Source: Polymyxa betae A26-41 (taxonomy: Eukaryota > Protista > Endomyxa: Phytomyxea). From it: 64,000 bases of DNA. Positions 13,474-26,649 of the stretch are shown piece after piece. Under the pieces are notes generated by a model that searched no databases, was not told the DNA's origin, and saw only the letters and a list, made by a program, of their open reading frames with translations. The position numbers and the translations under genes were made by a program. The stretch's first letter is position 1. Each line of letters begins with the position of its first letter. The stretch spans positions 62,001-126,000 of the forward strand of contig RBZT01000286.1 of assembly GCA_003693705.1 (NCBI GenBank). The letters run 5' to 3'.

Positions 13474-13631
13474 AGGAGGTTCCGCCACTTGAACAATGTT
13501 ATGTACTATGTTAGCGTGACCTCCCATTGAAAATCGCAAGCAGCTCATTTCAGCGGTCATCACTAGGAGGTCCCGCCACTTGAAAAGGGTTAACGTGACC
13601 TCGCATTGAAATACACAGTGAGCTCATCTCA
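13474..13631 (+). repeat. Imperfect tandem direct repeat (2 copies, ~70-80 bp) upstream of the secreted PP2C
   Basis: aggaggt(t/c)ccgccacttgaa...gtta(g/a)cgtgacctc(c/g)cattgaaa...agctcat(t/c)tca at 13474-13552 and 13565-13631. Confidence 0.8.
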
Positions 13632-13696
13632 TCTTGGATAGTCCGCATTCACTAAACAGAATTGGTTGATAAACGGTTGTCTATTACTGCTACAGA

Positions 13697-14958
13697 ATGG
13701 GGATCCCTGTAGCTGCTATTCTGACTGTTGTATTATGCCAACTGGCTTTTGACGTCATCTGTTGCTTCCCAATGGGGGAGAATGGTTCAGAGCCGGGATA
13801 TGACTTTATGTCGCTGTTAGGCCGGCTGACATTAAATGATGAGGACGAGCCACGTGCAAAGCCCTCTGGGCCATTTCGTATGATCATGTATGCGTCCAAT
13901 TATCCCAATCCGTCTAAAGCTGCTTATGGCGGAGACGATGCGTTTTATACGTCACATGAACAACAAATGTTCATTATCAACGATGGAGATATTACTTCGT
14001 ATCGATGATTTATTAGAACTAACATGGTAGCCAGTTTCAGGTTCCGCTTCCGAAGAGTCGCATTGTTTTCCGAACTTGGTCTCGCGAATTCTGGCGTTAA
14101 AGACCATTCAGTCGTTTTCAACGGCAACCGACTGGCGTCCTGCAATGGAAGAGGCCTTCATAGAGCTGGAGAATGAAAGAATCTGCGGAACTACCACGAC
14201 CTTGGGTTCGGTTCTTTGTTTCTTGTGATGAATTTTTATTATCTCATACTTGTTTTGCTGTTAATTCCGTTCACCTTTGATGACATTTTAGTTGCTCGGA
14301 AAATAATTCGTGACAACCGCGATGTCGTGGCGGTATACAACTTGGGCGATGGACGTGCCGGGCATTTCCGTCGCAATCAGTCGAGTGGACGATATGAGCC
14401 AGTTGCGATCACTAAGATACAGATGCACGAGTTTGTTTATGTTTTGTGACAGACGTATGGATTGATGATTTACTATCAGTGCTAATAATAGTCCATTTCA
14501 AGCCAGCGGCGATGAAAGTGTGTTCAGAGGCGATCCAGTTTCATCCATGGAGGAGTATATATTTGAAATTGAACATGGCGATTTGATAATCGGTGCGTCG
14601 GATGGACTTTGGGATATTATGGATGAAATGGTAAAATGCTGTCTGTGCCTGATAATGCATTTATACATTCCAAGGATGTTGCCGGGTTTGCAATATTGAC
14701 GCCCACAAACAATCTAGCGAGAACCCTGGCGTCATTGGTAAGACCAGTCATCCCTAGTAGGATTCGATCTAAACCAGGCATCAGGCGGCACAATGTCGCC
14801 AAATGGAAAAGTTCCCGGATGATGTCACTGTGGTTGTAGGGCACGTTGTTGCATCCGTTTCTGAACAAACTGGCTCCGATGAGAACAATTGCTATTTGGC
14901 AAAAGAAAATCTCGAGCACATAAGGCAGAGAAGAGCAACCTCAAGCAACAGTGAATAA
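13697..14958 (+). CDS. PTC7-type PP2C Ser/Thr phosphatase with N-terminal signal peptide, multi-exon
   Basis: Motifs PNPSKAAYGGDDAF, IINDG, CGTTT, YNLGDG, QMHEFNSPFQ, GDLIIGASDGLWD and KFPDDVTVVV, in order across introns. Hydrophobic N-terminus MGIPVAAILTVVLCQLAFDVICC. Confidence 0.85.
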
Positions 14959-15640
14959 AGCATTGGTTATTGTCCAACCGTATCCTAGGATACTGTTATC
15001 GACTTCGTCACGAAAGGCGTAGTACCGCAAGAGTTTCGCTGGAACCGCTCATTCGCCTGTGTATTTGGGAATATCGTGTGTGTCTTGATCCGCCCTTGTA
15101 ATAGAGTTTGAAAAAAGAAATCAAAATTCGGTAAAGGATCGGGAAGAGAATCATGCACCGTTGCAAGGATAAGATTACAAAATCGGTATTTTTGACCCAA
15201 GAAAAAACCCGTTATCTTCAAAAACCAATGTCAATAAACCCCACGCAATTAGCCAGACCCTGACTTCGCAGCGGGCCACAGCAACCGCAGCCCATCATCC
15301 AAATTTGACAGGCTGCGCTCAGCATGTCTTCTCTCTACCTAGGGTTTTGGCGCAGCGTCAAGCCTGTCTAAGCCGAAGAGCTACCGTAGACACGCTCGCA
15401 TTTCTCTACCTGTGTCTACCCTTTGCCTGTCTACCCTTTTTTATAGGCCCATTTATCATCGTGTCAAACTTTCTATCTAACCGGACAAAAATCAGAGGAA
15501 ATTTATTAGGTTTTATCAAGGCGTTTCAAAGCGCTGAATTGCCCATAATCATAAAACACAGCATAAATCATAATTTAAAAAAGCTATTAATCAAAACAGG
15601 TCATTCCCTTTACGATGATGCTTTACGATTCCCCCCATAG

Positions 15641-15690
15641 AAAGACGCCGATAACGTCCTTACTAGGAGTAAGACATTATCGGCGTCTTT
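15641..15690. repeat. Near-perfect 50-bp hairpin/palindrome
   Basis: aaagacgccgataa (15641-15654) is the exact reverse complement of ttatcggcgtcttt (15677-15690). Inner arms cttact/agtaag also pair. Confidence 0.85.
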
Positions 15691-16246
15691 TCTCTCCTCT
15701 GCATTTTCAGCACTTTTCGGCTTGCATCAGGATTCGTATTGTTAATGCGATCGAGAAATCATTTCGGGATGTAAAGACAGCTTTTCCCGATAAACCATTA
15801 AAAGTGCCGGTTTCTAATTCAGCCTTGTTCTGACGGATGTGAACATTCAACCGGCCTCATTCATGAATCTACATATAGCAATACCTATGATATATTAAAG
15901 TTCTTATACCATGCATTTGACTTTGCCCTTGCTATATGCAGCAAATTGTCATGATTTGAAGCTCGACTTCTCTGCACCAGCATGCTGCCTAGAGCTCATT
16001 TTCCGGTCGACATCGCACCCTTTTTCGCTTCTTTGCACATTCAACCTTTTGTTCGCAGCTCTCATCAAAACTGGTAAAGTGATTGATAGGCATTTTGTTG
16101 AAATCATCCACAGGTGAACAAACAGTAAAAAATCAAAGGCCCGACGGCGACGGTTTCCCAAAAGATTTTGCAACTCAGTTGCTGCGGGCGCCTACAGGCT
16201 CAATAAACAGCCCACTTTAGACGATTTGACGGACGTGTTTGATTAC

Positions 16247-16516
16247 CGTAGACGACAGAATAATCCGACCAATTTTTTGCCGATACGGGACACATATTTT
16301 TGTCGTTTCCAAAAACAATAAGGGAATTTGGTCCAGCTCTGATAATATGGGACTATTGTCATATTGGCAAAACTGTTCAAAAACCCTAAAACCCTAGCCC
16401 AGAGAAAACCAGAAATTCCTGCATTTTCGAGATACGGATTCGCATTTTTATCCCAAGAGGACCGGAAATACGGTCAGTTTTGTCGTTCGGTCAGTCGGAT
16501 TATTCTGTCGTCTACG
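16247..16516. mobile_element. MITE-like element with perfect 23-bp terminal inverted repeats
   Basis: cgtagacgacagaataatccgac (16247-16269) and gtcggattattctgtcgtctacg (16494-16516). The left end reads TA-CCGTAG as in pogo/Tc1-type ends. The interior is non-coding. Confidence 0.75.
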
Positions 16517-16845
16517 CAAACAAACTTTCCGAAAGACTGCGCTTGTTTAAAAAGTGTAACATTGCAAAACCCCGAACGGACTTTTTAAAAATTGCCACCT
16601 CACAGAATTACGGTCCTACCAGCACTTCAAGTTGCGGAAAAGTCTAAATGCTGACAAATAGTACGAAACAAGAACAGTTGTTGGTCTCGAGGCCGAACTG
16701 CTCGATTTTAAAGAGGCTAGAAATTGCCTATTGCAGCCGAATGATCATCATTTGGTGCATAGGGTTGGGAACGACGTTCTACTGCAAGATGCCAACTTTT
16801 ACCATTGCAGGTCAATTTGAAACTCTTTATATTTTGACAGCCAGA

Positions 16846-19800
16846 TTATTCAGAAAAATAAGCCTGGATAGCTTTCATAGCATAGGTCGACAGAGTATCA
16901 TCTGACGACTTAAAAGTGAGAGATGTCTGTGTTTGGGAAAATGCGGCTTCGATTAGAATATCAGTCCTCTTTAATCGCAACGCCAAATACACACACGCTC
17001 CTTTGTTGGGAACTTGAACCCTAACATCCGGAATGTTAGCGAGTCAATCTCACATCCAAGATGTACAGCAAACATACGTGGCCACTTCAACGACGTTTAA
17101 AGGAGCGAGTTTAGCACAGAACACTTCCGGGGAGCTAGGAGAAACTGGACATTTCATTTCATGGGACGTATCGATTCCTTGCCAAGTAGGGGGAAAATTC
17201 TGCTTTGAAATGTGACCACTTTCTGCAAACAACACCTAATCGCAGATAAATTGTTATATCAGGGTCGGAAAAATCATACTAACATGAGGAGGAAAGGGTG
17301 AGACAAAGTATGCTATTCCCAGATCAGTTTTGATTGCCATCTGAACTAAACCAGGACGGCCTTTCAAAACGCAAGGAGCTTCATCTTGCAATGGTAGAAT
17401 GGCAGGTCCCGAAGCGCCTAACGATAGTTATGCCTATATGTATGAAGCAAGCGGATAATCAAATACCAGGAGCAATGGGTCCACGTAACTGAACAGCACC
17501 GGCAGGCATAATTCCAATAAAGTTCTCGTTAAACTGAAGCGCACATTGCTGAATTGGGACTTGGCCTCGATTCTCAACAGTAAGTTCCATGAATGCAACA
17601 CCTCCCCGTCGTCCAAACGCAGTCCAGATTTGCAGATTGCCTTTGTCGGGTGTAAGTACCTATCACCAACTCTAAGCAATGTGTCCGATCCGGAACAAAA
17701 CCATCTCATACATGGTATTGTTTGGTTTTCGGGAATGCCGTTTGCGACATTGCTGAGACTTGAGGAATTTCTGGAGAAGGCGATGCCATTGAAAGACCTC
17801 CAAGATCCAGGAGATCTACAGCAGACTTAGCCTTGCTAGGAGGGCTTTCGTCGTCACTTTCTTCGCTCTGAGGAATGATCAGCTAATACATCCGAAAACC
17901 AGATTCATTTCCGACTTCTTCTTCGTCATCTTCTTCGGATTCGTCATCATCATCCTCCTCGTCATCATCCTCCTCCTGACCAACAATAAGCTGCAAGTAA
18001 ACTTAGTGAGTCATTATAATACCTCATCGCTACTTTCGGCCGCAGCTTCTTCCGCCAAACGATAAACAACGTCACCGCCTCCTTTAATGAATGTCTCCGG
18101 TGGTTTATGATATATGCTCGATAGCGTAGCAACTGATGAGAAATTAGAAAGCTTAAACTGTTTAACACAATTAGCGAACCGTGTTTAAGAAGCACGTCGA
18201 GCTGGTCTTCTGGAATTTTGTCAGTGTCATCTGAGATGACGGGTTTCTGAGCGATGACAATCTTCTTTGCAGCTGCCGGGTCAGTTGACAGAAGCCTCCA
18301 GTAAACATAACCACGATCTCGCAGATCGGGATTATCACTTCGTTCCGTTGACAAATCCAGAACACGACGAACAAGCTCCTGTAAAAGCGACAATTGGATA
18401 CGCATGTTACAAGAATTATTACTGTAATACCTGAGCTGAATCGGGTCGTTTCAAGAACAACTTGACTGTCGCCGTTAGAAGCGAGAGCTGTACCTGAAAC
18501 GTTTATAAGCTCAAGCAAGCATAACGGAAACGGAGAGAACCTGGGCAGTTTCATCTTCGAATGTATCAATCCACGATTCCAATCTCTCTGCAGCATCTTC
18601 GATACGTTCTGCATATTCACCAATAATCCAGATCATGGCGGATTTTGCTTCAGGTTCATCCAATGAGTCTAAGTTCTCGCAAAGATTGACGATGACACCC
18701 TGAATATTCTTTTTAGAAAATCGAAAAAAATCATCTTTGTCGAACAACCTCATAACGGTTGGGATACCGCCGGAAAATATCTTTGATTACGACAACAGCT
18801 TCTTGAACGACATAGTTCACCTAAGAACAGTTAGTTAAACGCGACGACTGCCGATTCAGAGGACCTACCTTTGTCGATATCAAATCAAGAAGGACCCGAA
18901 TACAGCGTTCAGCAGATGGCTCCAGCTTGATTGCAGCACGTCCAATGGCACGAACAGCTCGCCGAACAAACTCAACGTCGACTTCTTGAGCATATTCCTT
19001 GAACTCCAGCAGAACCTGGTCGACGTTGCTGTCGTTGACGAGTTTCATCATCACTTCCAGTTTCTCCATCTTGACATAAACAGGGTCGTTGTATTTGCAA
19101 AAAAATACCCTCACTTCTTTGCTTAGGATTTCAGGATATCTAACAGAAGGTTCAAATTCTGAACTGCAGCTGCCGAAGAGTGCAAATTACTTTTGGACAA
19201 TGAGGTTGATGTTCCGAAGAGACACATATTGGATTTCAGGTTCAGCAGATAGCAACGTCACCAAGGGAGGTGCCAGTTTGCGCTGTAAATTAGCACGAGT
19301 CTCTTCGTTCTGAACTAGAGGTAGATAGTTGATAACCAATTTGATCGCTGACATGACGACTGCTGAATTGGCATGCTGCAACCTTGGCGATACTCGTTCG
19401 ATGATATCTTCAGCCTCGTTTGGTGTAGGAATATATCTATGAAATAACAGTTGGAAAGTTACGGTTTGGCAGAATATATGTTTACTTGGAGAGCGAATCC
19501 AAAATAAAGACTTGACCCCATTCGGTACATTCATTTAAGGCAGTCAGAAGTTTATGTAATGTGGATGAGGTGATCTTGAAAACATCCGACTTCGCAGTTG
19601 AGCTGATTTCTGATAGAGCTGCGACAGCATTAGCAACGACGGTCGGGTTATTATCAGAAATCATTTCTCTACAGCAATCATCAATATTCATGCTGATGCT
19701 TTCAGGTTGTCGAGCATTACCTTAGCTTGTCGATAAAGCCACGTTCTTCAACCAATTGTGCATTGATATCGTAAAGTTTAGCTGTACAAACAGCAGCAGT

Positions 19801-20384
19801 TTTGCGAACGTAGGGGTCCTGTAACAGGAATGTTCAAAAAATTCAAAAGTTTTAGAACAAATAGTACAGAGTCGCTTAATGCATGTTGCAAAGGCTCACA
19901 GAGATACTCGGTAATTCTATCAACGCGAATGCATCCCATTGTTCGAATAGCCAATGCTCGAACCAGGGGATTCGGCGTTGAGGCTCCGGCGTCTTTCTGG
20001 AAAGTGTTGACAACCAGGATAGCCTAAATACCATCATCCTAAGAAACCGCAGAAAACAGCTGTCTAATTTGAACCTTATCAGGATGGGATCTGGCATAAG
20101 AGATGATATAAAGATACACAAGTTTTTTTAGTTCGATATTGTCGGTTTGCATAGATTTGATAACATGAGTGAACAGTGCAGACACGTCTTTACCAACCGT
20201 CATGGCTGCTATCACCTGGAAAGCTTTTCAGATTCACTGCTATCAAAGTAAAATATCGTCCAACTTTTTTGACTGCCTCTTTGACAACATTGCGATCTAA
20301 GGAATTAAGTTCATCGGCAAGATCTTTAATCTCGCCTTTCTTTGTCGTATTCTGGAAGTATTTCCCATCATTGCCGGCGGTCAT
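16846..20384 (-). CDS. AP-1/AP-2 complex beta subunit (beta-adaptin), many introns
   Basis: [104 protein letters not shown], an acidic hinge, and an appendage ending KAIQAYFSE*. Confidence 0.96.
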
Positions 20385-20659
20385 ATGGCTATATCAGAGA
20401 TTGACGCCGAATCCAGCAAGTGGATTAGCGACAGGCAACAAAGCAGTATGGTACAGATAGATAACTGGGTGAGATCAGCAACAAACTGCGAAACTGGGGG
20501 TCTCACTTCACAGATGGGGCGCAGCAGCCCCATTCTGTGAGTTGAACCTGAACTGCTTCTGAAGCTGTTATTTGTAGCTGCTAATGACCCGATTCAAACA
20601 TATAATGTTAATGGATATAAAGGGTTTATATATAGACAGAAATAGATGTCATATTAATA

Positions 20660-21981
20660 TTAGGCAACACTGGCGCGATGTGTCTTGCGAGCATGCAGCA
20701 GCATGTGGCCCTTCTGAATGCCTTCAGTTGCTAACGCCCTCAAAGCAGCGAAGTTCTGGGCCAAACCAACCGAGACAATGATCTCTGACAGTTGTTGGGC
20801 TGATGGGTTACCCAATATCGACATTGCCATCTTATAAACAGGGTGAGCTTTCAAGGCGCCTCCAATCGTTCCGACAGCAATGGGAATCTCGATTGTACCA
20901 ACAAGCGCGCCATTGTCAATGTGATAGCTCGTAATCGTTCCATAATAACCATTACGAATAGCGAAAGCATGGGCAGCAGCCTCAATTGCTCGCCAATCCT
21001 GGCCAGTAGCGATAGCAATGGCATCGATACCGTTCATGACACCTTTGTTATGGGTCACAGCACGATAAGGATCAGCTTCCGCGAGTTCATAAGCCTCGAC
21101 GATCCTCTCAGCCACGGTGGCACCATCAAAACCCTTCCACGCCAGCTGAGAGAATGGGATACGGAAGGATGCTTGAGCGCGTCGTTCCAGGCAGAGATTG
21201 GATAAGATACGTAAACCAACCCTACCTTCGACCTCTTTGGCAAGAATAGGAGCAATACCTTCGCAAACGGTGTTAATGACGTTGGCACCCATGGCCTCGC
21301 AGACGTTCATGTGAACGTGAACGACAAAGAACGATCGCGAACGCAAATCGGGATTGCGTTGGTGGACAATTCGTGGTTCGATGTCCACAACACCACCACC
21401 TCGAGCAGCCATTGATGCACAGAATGTGTTCGCCTGAACGATGAGTTCTTCCCGTCGCGTTCGGATTTGTTCACAGGCATGCTCCAGGTTTACGACGTCC
21501 AGCAGCTGAACCTGGCCCGTCATAATACTGGAAGTTGATTGAGCGACGAAACCGCCAGCATTAGCAATGAGTTTGGCAGCACCAGAAGCCGCAGCAATAA
21601 CACTTGGCTCTTCGACTGCCATCGGAACGACATAGTGGACGTTGTTGATGACAAAAGTCGGTGCAACTCCAAGAGGTAGTCCCATCGTTCCGATGCAGTT
21701 TTCCACCATAGTATCGGCAACCTTCTCGGTAAGTCCACCCTAAAGCAGAGCTGAGAGATGCCAACAGGCATGAATGTGAAGAGTACCCCAATCATGCTGG
21801 ATCGGTCGAGTTGAGAAAACGTCTCGAATAACTGATCCTGACGCTGGACGATGGTCTTTTTGAAATAGCCGGACCAAACGTTCAGCTGGCCTTCGCCAAC
21901 ATTGCTGACGTTCTCGTCAATGTTGTGCTTGACGTCCATATCGTTTAAGTTGAGACTTTTTAATTTAGAAATCGGAAACAT
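20660..21981 (-). CDS. HMGR: Class II (bacterial mvaA-type) HMG-CoA reductase, soluble; start uncertain
   Basis: WSGYFKKTIVQR, ENCIG..LPLGVA, PMAVEEPSVIAA, EAMGAN, ILSNL, THNKGVMNGIDA, GQDWRAIEA, AQNFAALRALATEGIQKGHM. Intron ~21740-21786. Confidence 0.93.
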
Positions 21982-22831
21982 CAATGACGATGTGTGGGTG
22001 GGCCTTTTGTGCTCAAGGGCCAGCTTGAAAGCAGGCCAGTGATCTGTCAAAAACATCATCACGAAACGATTGATGGTTTTGAAAGAGAACAAAACGTGAA
22101 TCGGCGATGATCGCTGAATAAATTTAGATTCTACCATTTGGGGGAAGCCGCTGACCCGGCACCACGGCTATCTTGGAGGTTTCATTTGCCCGATGAACAT
22201 CGCCAATGGTGTCATCGGTTCTGAAGCGCGCCTTATCCGGCGTTGTGAGATGCAGCGCGGTAGCCAGGTCGTCGTTCTGAGAAGAACATTCGATCAAGGA
22301 AGATATTCACAGATGATGGTCTACCTATATACAAACTCGGGGATAAGGCGAGCCGTGGCCGCTAGTGCCCGCGTTCGGCCTCGCCCTTGTTGTAGATTTC
22401 TCTCAGTTCCAATTGGGCGTTTGCGTTTTGGTAGTTGTCGGGCAGCGCAGGCGCTCACCCCCAAGCAAGACGCATAAAAAGCAGGCTGAGCCTCAACGAT
22501 GTAATAACGCAGAAGAGCGATTCGGTTGCCAATAAAACTGCGTCCGCTATTTTCCTTCCTTGATTGCGCCGGCCTCCGGTTTTCCAATAAAGACGAAAGT
22601 TTTACTCAAACAGGTTACCCCACCTATCTACTGTAGCTACAGGTTTACCGGTACACATGGTTTACTGTACACTACATTAATAAGTATTATATCGCTGTTA
22701 ACACCTTCTTCATGCATATTCGCGAACCCGGTATCGTCTTATCCTGGCGAAGAGCTTCTCTTGCTTCACAAACTATAGTCACAAGTTCTGATGTTTAAAT
22801 TAATCATTGATATATGCACAGTAAATTGTAT

Positions 22832-23722
22832 CTATTTTATGAAGAAAAATACGCCCAAAGAGACAAATAAAGCCAGGACTAGCGTTCCTAGAGTCCCCAG
22901 CGAGCTGCTGCTGCTTTTCGCCGCAACCTTTTTGGGATCAGCTACTGGCGCCGTGCTAGGTGGTTCGTAGCAAGCTCCAGTGAAGGTGACTCCAGAATCA
23001 TGGGTGCTTCCATCGCCTGTGATAGCAGGAATCGAGAACGTGACAGTTTCGTATCTAACACTTGTAAGCTGAACTTTCATCGGCAGAGTGAGTGTTCCAG
23101 ATGGCAGATTCCAGTTGACTGAGGCCGAATTTCGCTGGAGATCATTCCAGGCGCCATTTGTTTGAACGGAAACGGCCCGAATTCCGAGAATAAAATTACT
23201 GAAACCGATAGTGGCAGAATTCGATATCGTGGCACCCGCCGAAAACTGATATCTGATTGTGCCAGTAACGGGACATGGCACGAATCGCCATGAAACTCCT
23301 GGTCCACCCAAACGGTTAGCTGTGCTCTGAGCGAGTTGAACGTCACCTTCGTTGCTACAATCGATTGAATGGTTAGAACAATTTTGAAAGGGGCATAATT
23401 ACGCTTTGTTGATGCCTTCCAGTACAGTTAGGATCTCGCTGACACCAGTGCTCGACGTGATATTAACACAGGCGCCGCAGGCAAGACCATTCGCCATTGG
23501 ATTGAAAGCGATCGCGACGAACTTATCATTCTTTGTTGGAAAGAACAATTCTTGATTCCCACACGACGAGGTTGGAGTGACAGTTGACGTACTAGTCAGC
23601 CATTGATCATACAAAGGAAACGCCTCTAGCTCTCCCGAGTAGACAGCATCAGCCTGATTGCAGAACTGTCCAGACGCCCGCCCGGTTGCGTACAGCGCTA
23701 GAACAAGAACGATGGGATTCAT
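22832..23722 (-). CDS. Secreted expansin-like protein (DPBB + CBM63-like) with C-terminal GPI/TM signal
   Basis: Signal peptide MNPIVLVLALYATG, then SCG...FVAI..NGLACGACVNIT, SWRFVPCPVTG, WNDLQR, PMKVQLTS and a hydrophobic C-terminus. One intron near 23360-23410. Confidence 0.85.
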
Positions 23723-24107
23723 TAATGTGTGATGGGTTTGAGGGTCACAGCAACTATGATGAGGGAGCCCGTATAGCAGCCAGTCGAAACCAGATATCAC
23801 TTAGCAGGAGGACTTCCAATTGTCAATGGAACTGAAAGGGGTGAACGTGACACGCGCCATCACCATGAGTTACTGCCGCCCATTCAATGTTAACTCAACA
23901 ATGATGATGGTTTCGGATCACGATTTCTGTAATTGATGATAATATATGACAGAGTTTGAAGACGGAATATTGCCTCATGAGTTTTAGTTTTCAAATTGCA
24001 AGCATTAATACATAGACAACGCGCCGCTATAGCTTTGTGAAATCACTAGGACTGGAGTCATCGACCATGGATGGAACGAGAAAATTGATGCTCTGCGATT
24101 GGCATGC

Positions 24108-25207
24108 TTAGACGACGAACTGTATTTTGTGAAAATTGAGTACCGCAGGCGACCGAGCAGGATTGGATGCTACAAACTGGTCTACGAGCTTGTGAATATA
24201 ATTATACGAGCATCCAGGCATAAATTCATCCTCAGATCTAGAAAGCATTGGACTGAGATAAATGGAAATCCAAAGTATCGATTCATAACTTCAACCTCGA
24301 TAAGTATTTTTCAGCATGGAGTTCACACTCATCGATTCTTTGCGCTAGATTCGATTCGGTCGCAAATGCACGGCCACTTCCTTCAACTGCAAAAAAAATG
24401 TAAGACATTGCAGGCACGAAGTAGTTGTTCCTAACCAAGAACTGTCAAATATTGCATCGCCAGACGGTCGTTTTCTTTAATCTGTATTTGTGAGTTGTCA
24501 GTGTTGGAGTGAAATTAGTATTAATAAAATTACTTTGTTTTGAAAGGTTCCAATGTGTGGCTGCAGTTTCATATCCAATAGACGAGCAGTGAAAAACAAA
24601 GACAATAGATCTCGAGAAGCAATTGCCTGTGGCGCCGGTGCTGTCTATATGGGCTGATAAGCTGTATGCGCTAGAACAATAGCAATGAAAGTAAATTACA
24701 AGAACGCCTTTAGGTTCCACCTCCATAGGTTCATCTTCCATAGTGATGGTTTCAGTCTCAATCTCTACGGTCTCCTCACCCAGTTCATGATCTTCCCTGG
24801 ATTCTTCTCGCTCTTCAGGAGCGCCGTTCGGTTCCTAGATGTTCTTTTTAATGTAAAAAAGAAGAGCAAAAATTGGATACATTCTCATTGGATTCCATAA
24901 CGATCCGGATTTGGGTCTCTCGTAGTTTCTCCAATCTTCAAGAATCGCCATTAGTTTGTAGCAGCTAAAGTTTCATTAGCAATACACACTCTTGTAATAT
25001 GGCAAAAATAGAAGTCTTTGAGGCAAGCAGCTGCTTCTGATCATCCGTTAGTATTTTCCCGTCCTGGTCTAAAGAGGCCTCGATCTTCTGAATTTTATCG
25101 ATCTTCTTCCGGAAAGCCCGGATCCGTTTCGACACAGCCAGGACCATCAGATCGTCGTCGGCCGGAGTCCCACTCATCCATAGAGGCTTGGTTTGGGAAT
25201 CAGCCAT
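24108..25207 (-). CDS. Caprin-like coiled-coil/RNA-granule protein, multi-exon
   Basis: SKRIRAFRKKIDKIQKIE...GKILTDDQKQLLASK. Spliced downstream exons give DLLSLFFTARLLD, ECELHAEKYLSRSEDEFMPGCSYNYIHKLVDQF, the caprin homology pattern. Confidence 0.7.
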
Positions 25208-25509
25208 GACTGAGCAAGACCGAGACGAAGAGATACCCACGATAAGTAGATAATCGGGAAAAGTGACCAGTGTTGCGATGTTCGTCATTGCGCATGGGCA
25301 TGTTGATTGTTGATAGTTATGAGCTTTTCAGTTGTAAATACGGTTACAGTTGTATTCTACATTTAGGGTTTCAATTCTCTTGATGAAACTGAAAACTTCA
25401 CTGTGGAGCACACATGCACTTCCTGAACCGCACCCAAGCCAATCAGTACATTTTGAAAGTTCAACCATCAATGAGCTAATTTAAACAATGCTGAGTTGGA
25501 TTTGATTCA

Positions 25510-26467
<958 letters not shown>

Positions 26468-26649
26468 CTAACTTGACAAGCTGTTAAAGCAGTACCAGAG
26501 ATGGACTGTCTTGGTCATCTCTTGAAGGCAAACAGTGATACCCGTATTAAACGTTACAGCCAATCTGCCTGAAACATAGAAAACGGGCCAAGTCATTTGA
26601 CAATGATGATGCGATAGAGAGTTTTTCGTCGAGTTTATTTTTAATGGTA

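Noticed and set aside
15949-16173. Possible CENP-B-like HTH remnant of a second transposase
   Set aside because: The resemblance is too weak to support without a profile search.
24099-24434. 111-aa plus-strand ORF
   Set aside because: It is antisense to the terminal exons of the caprin-like gene.
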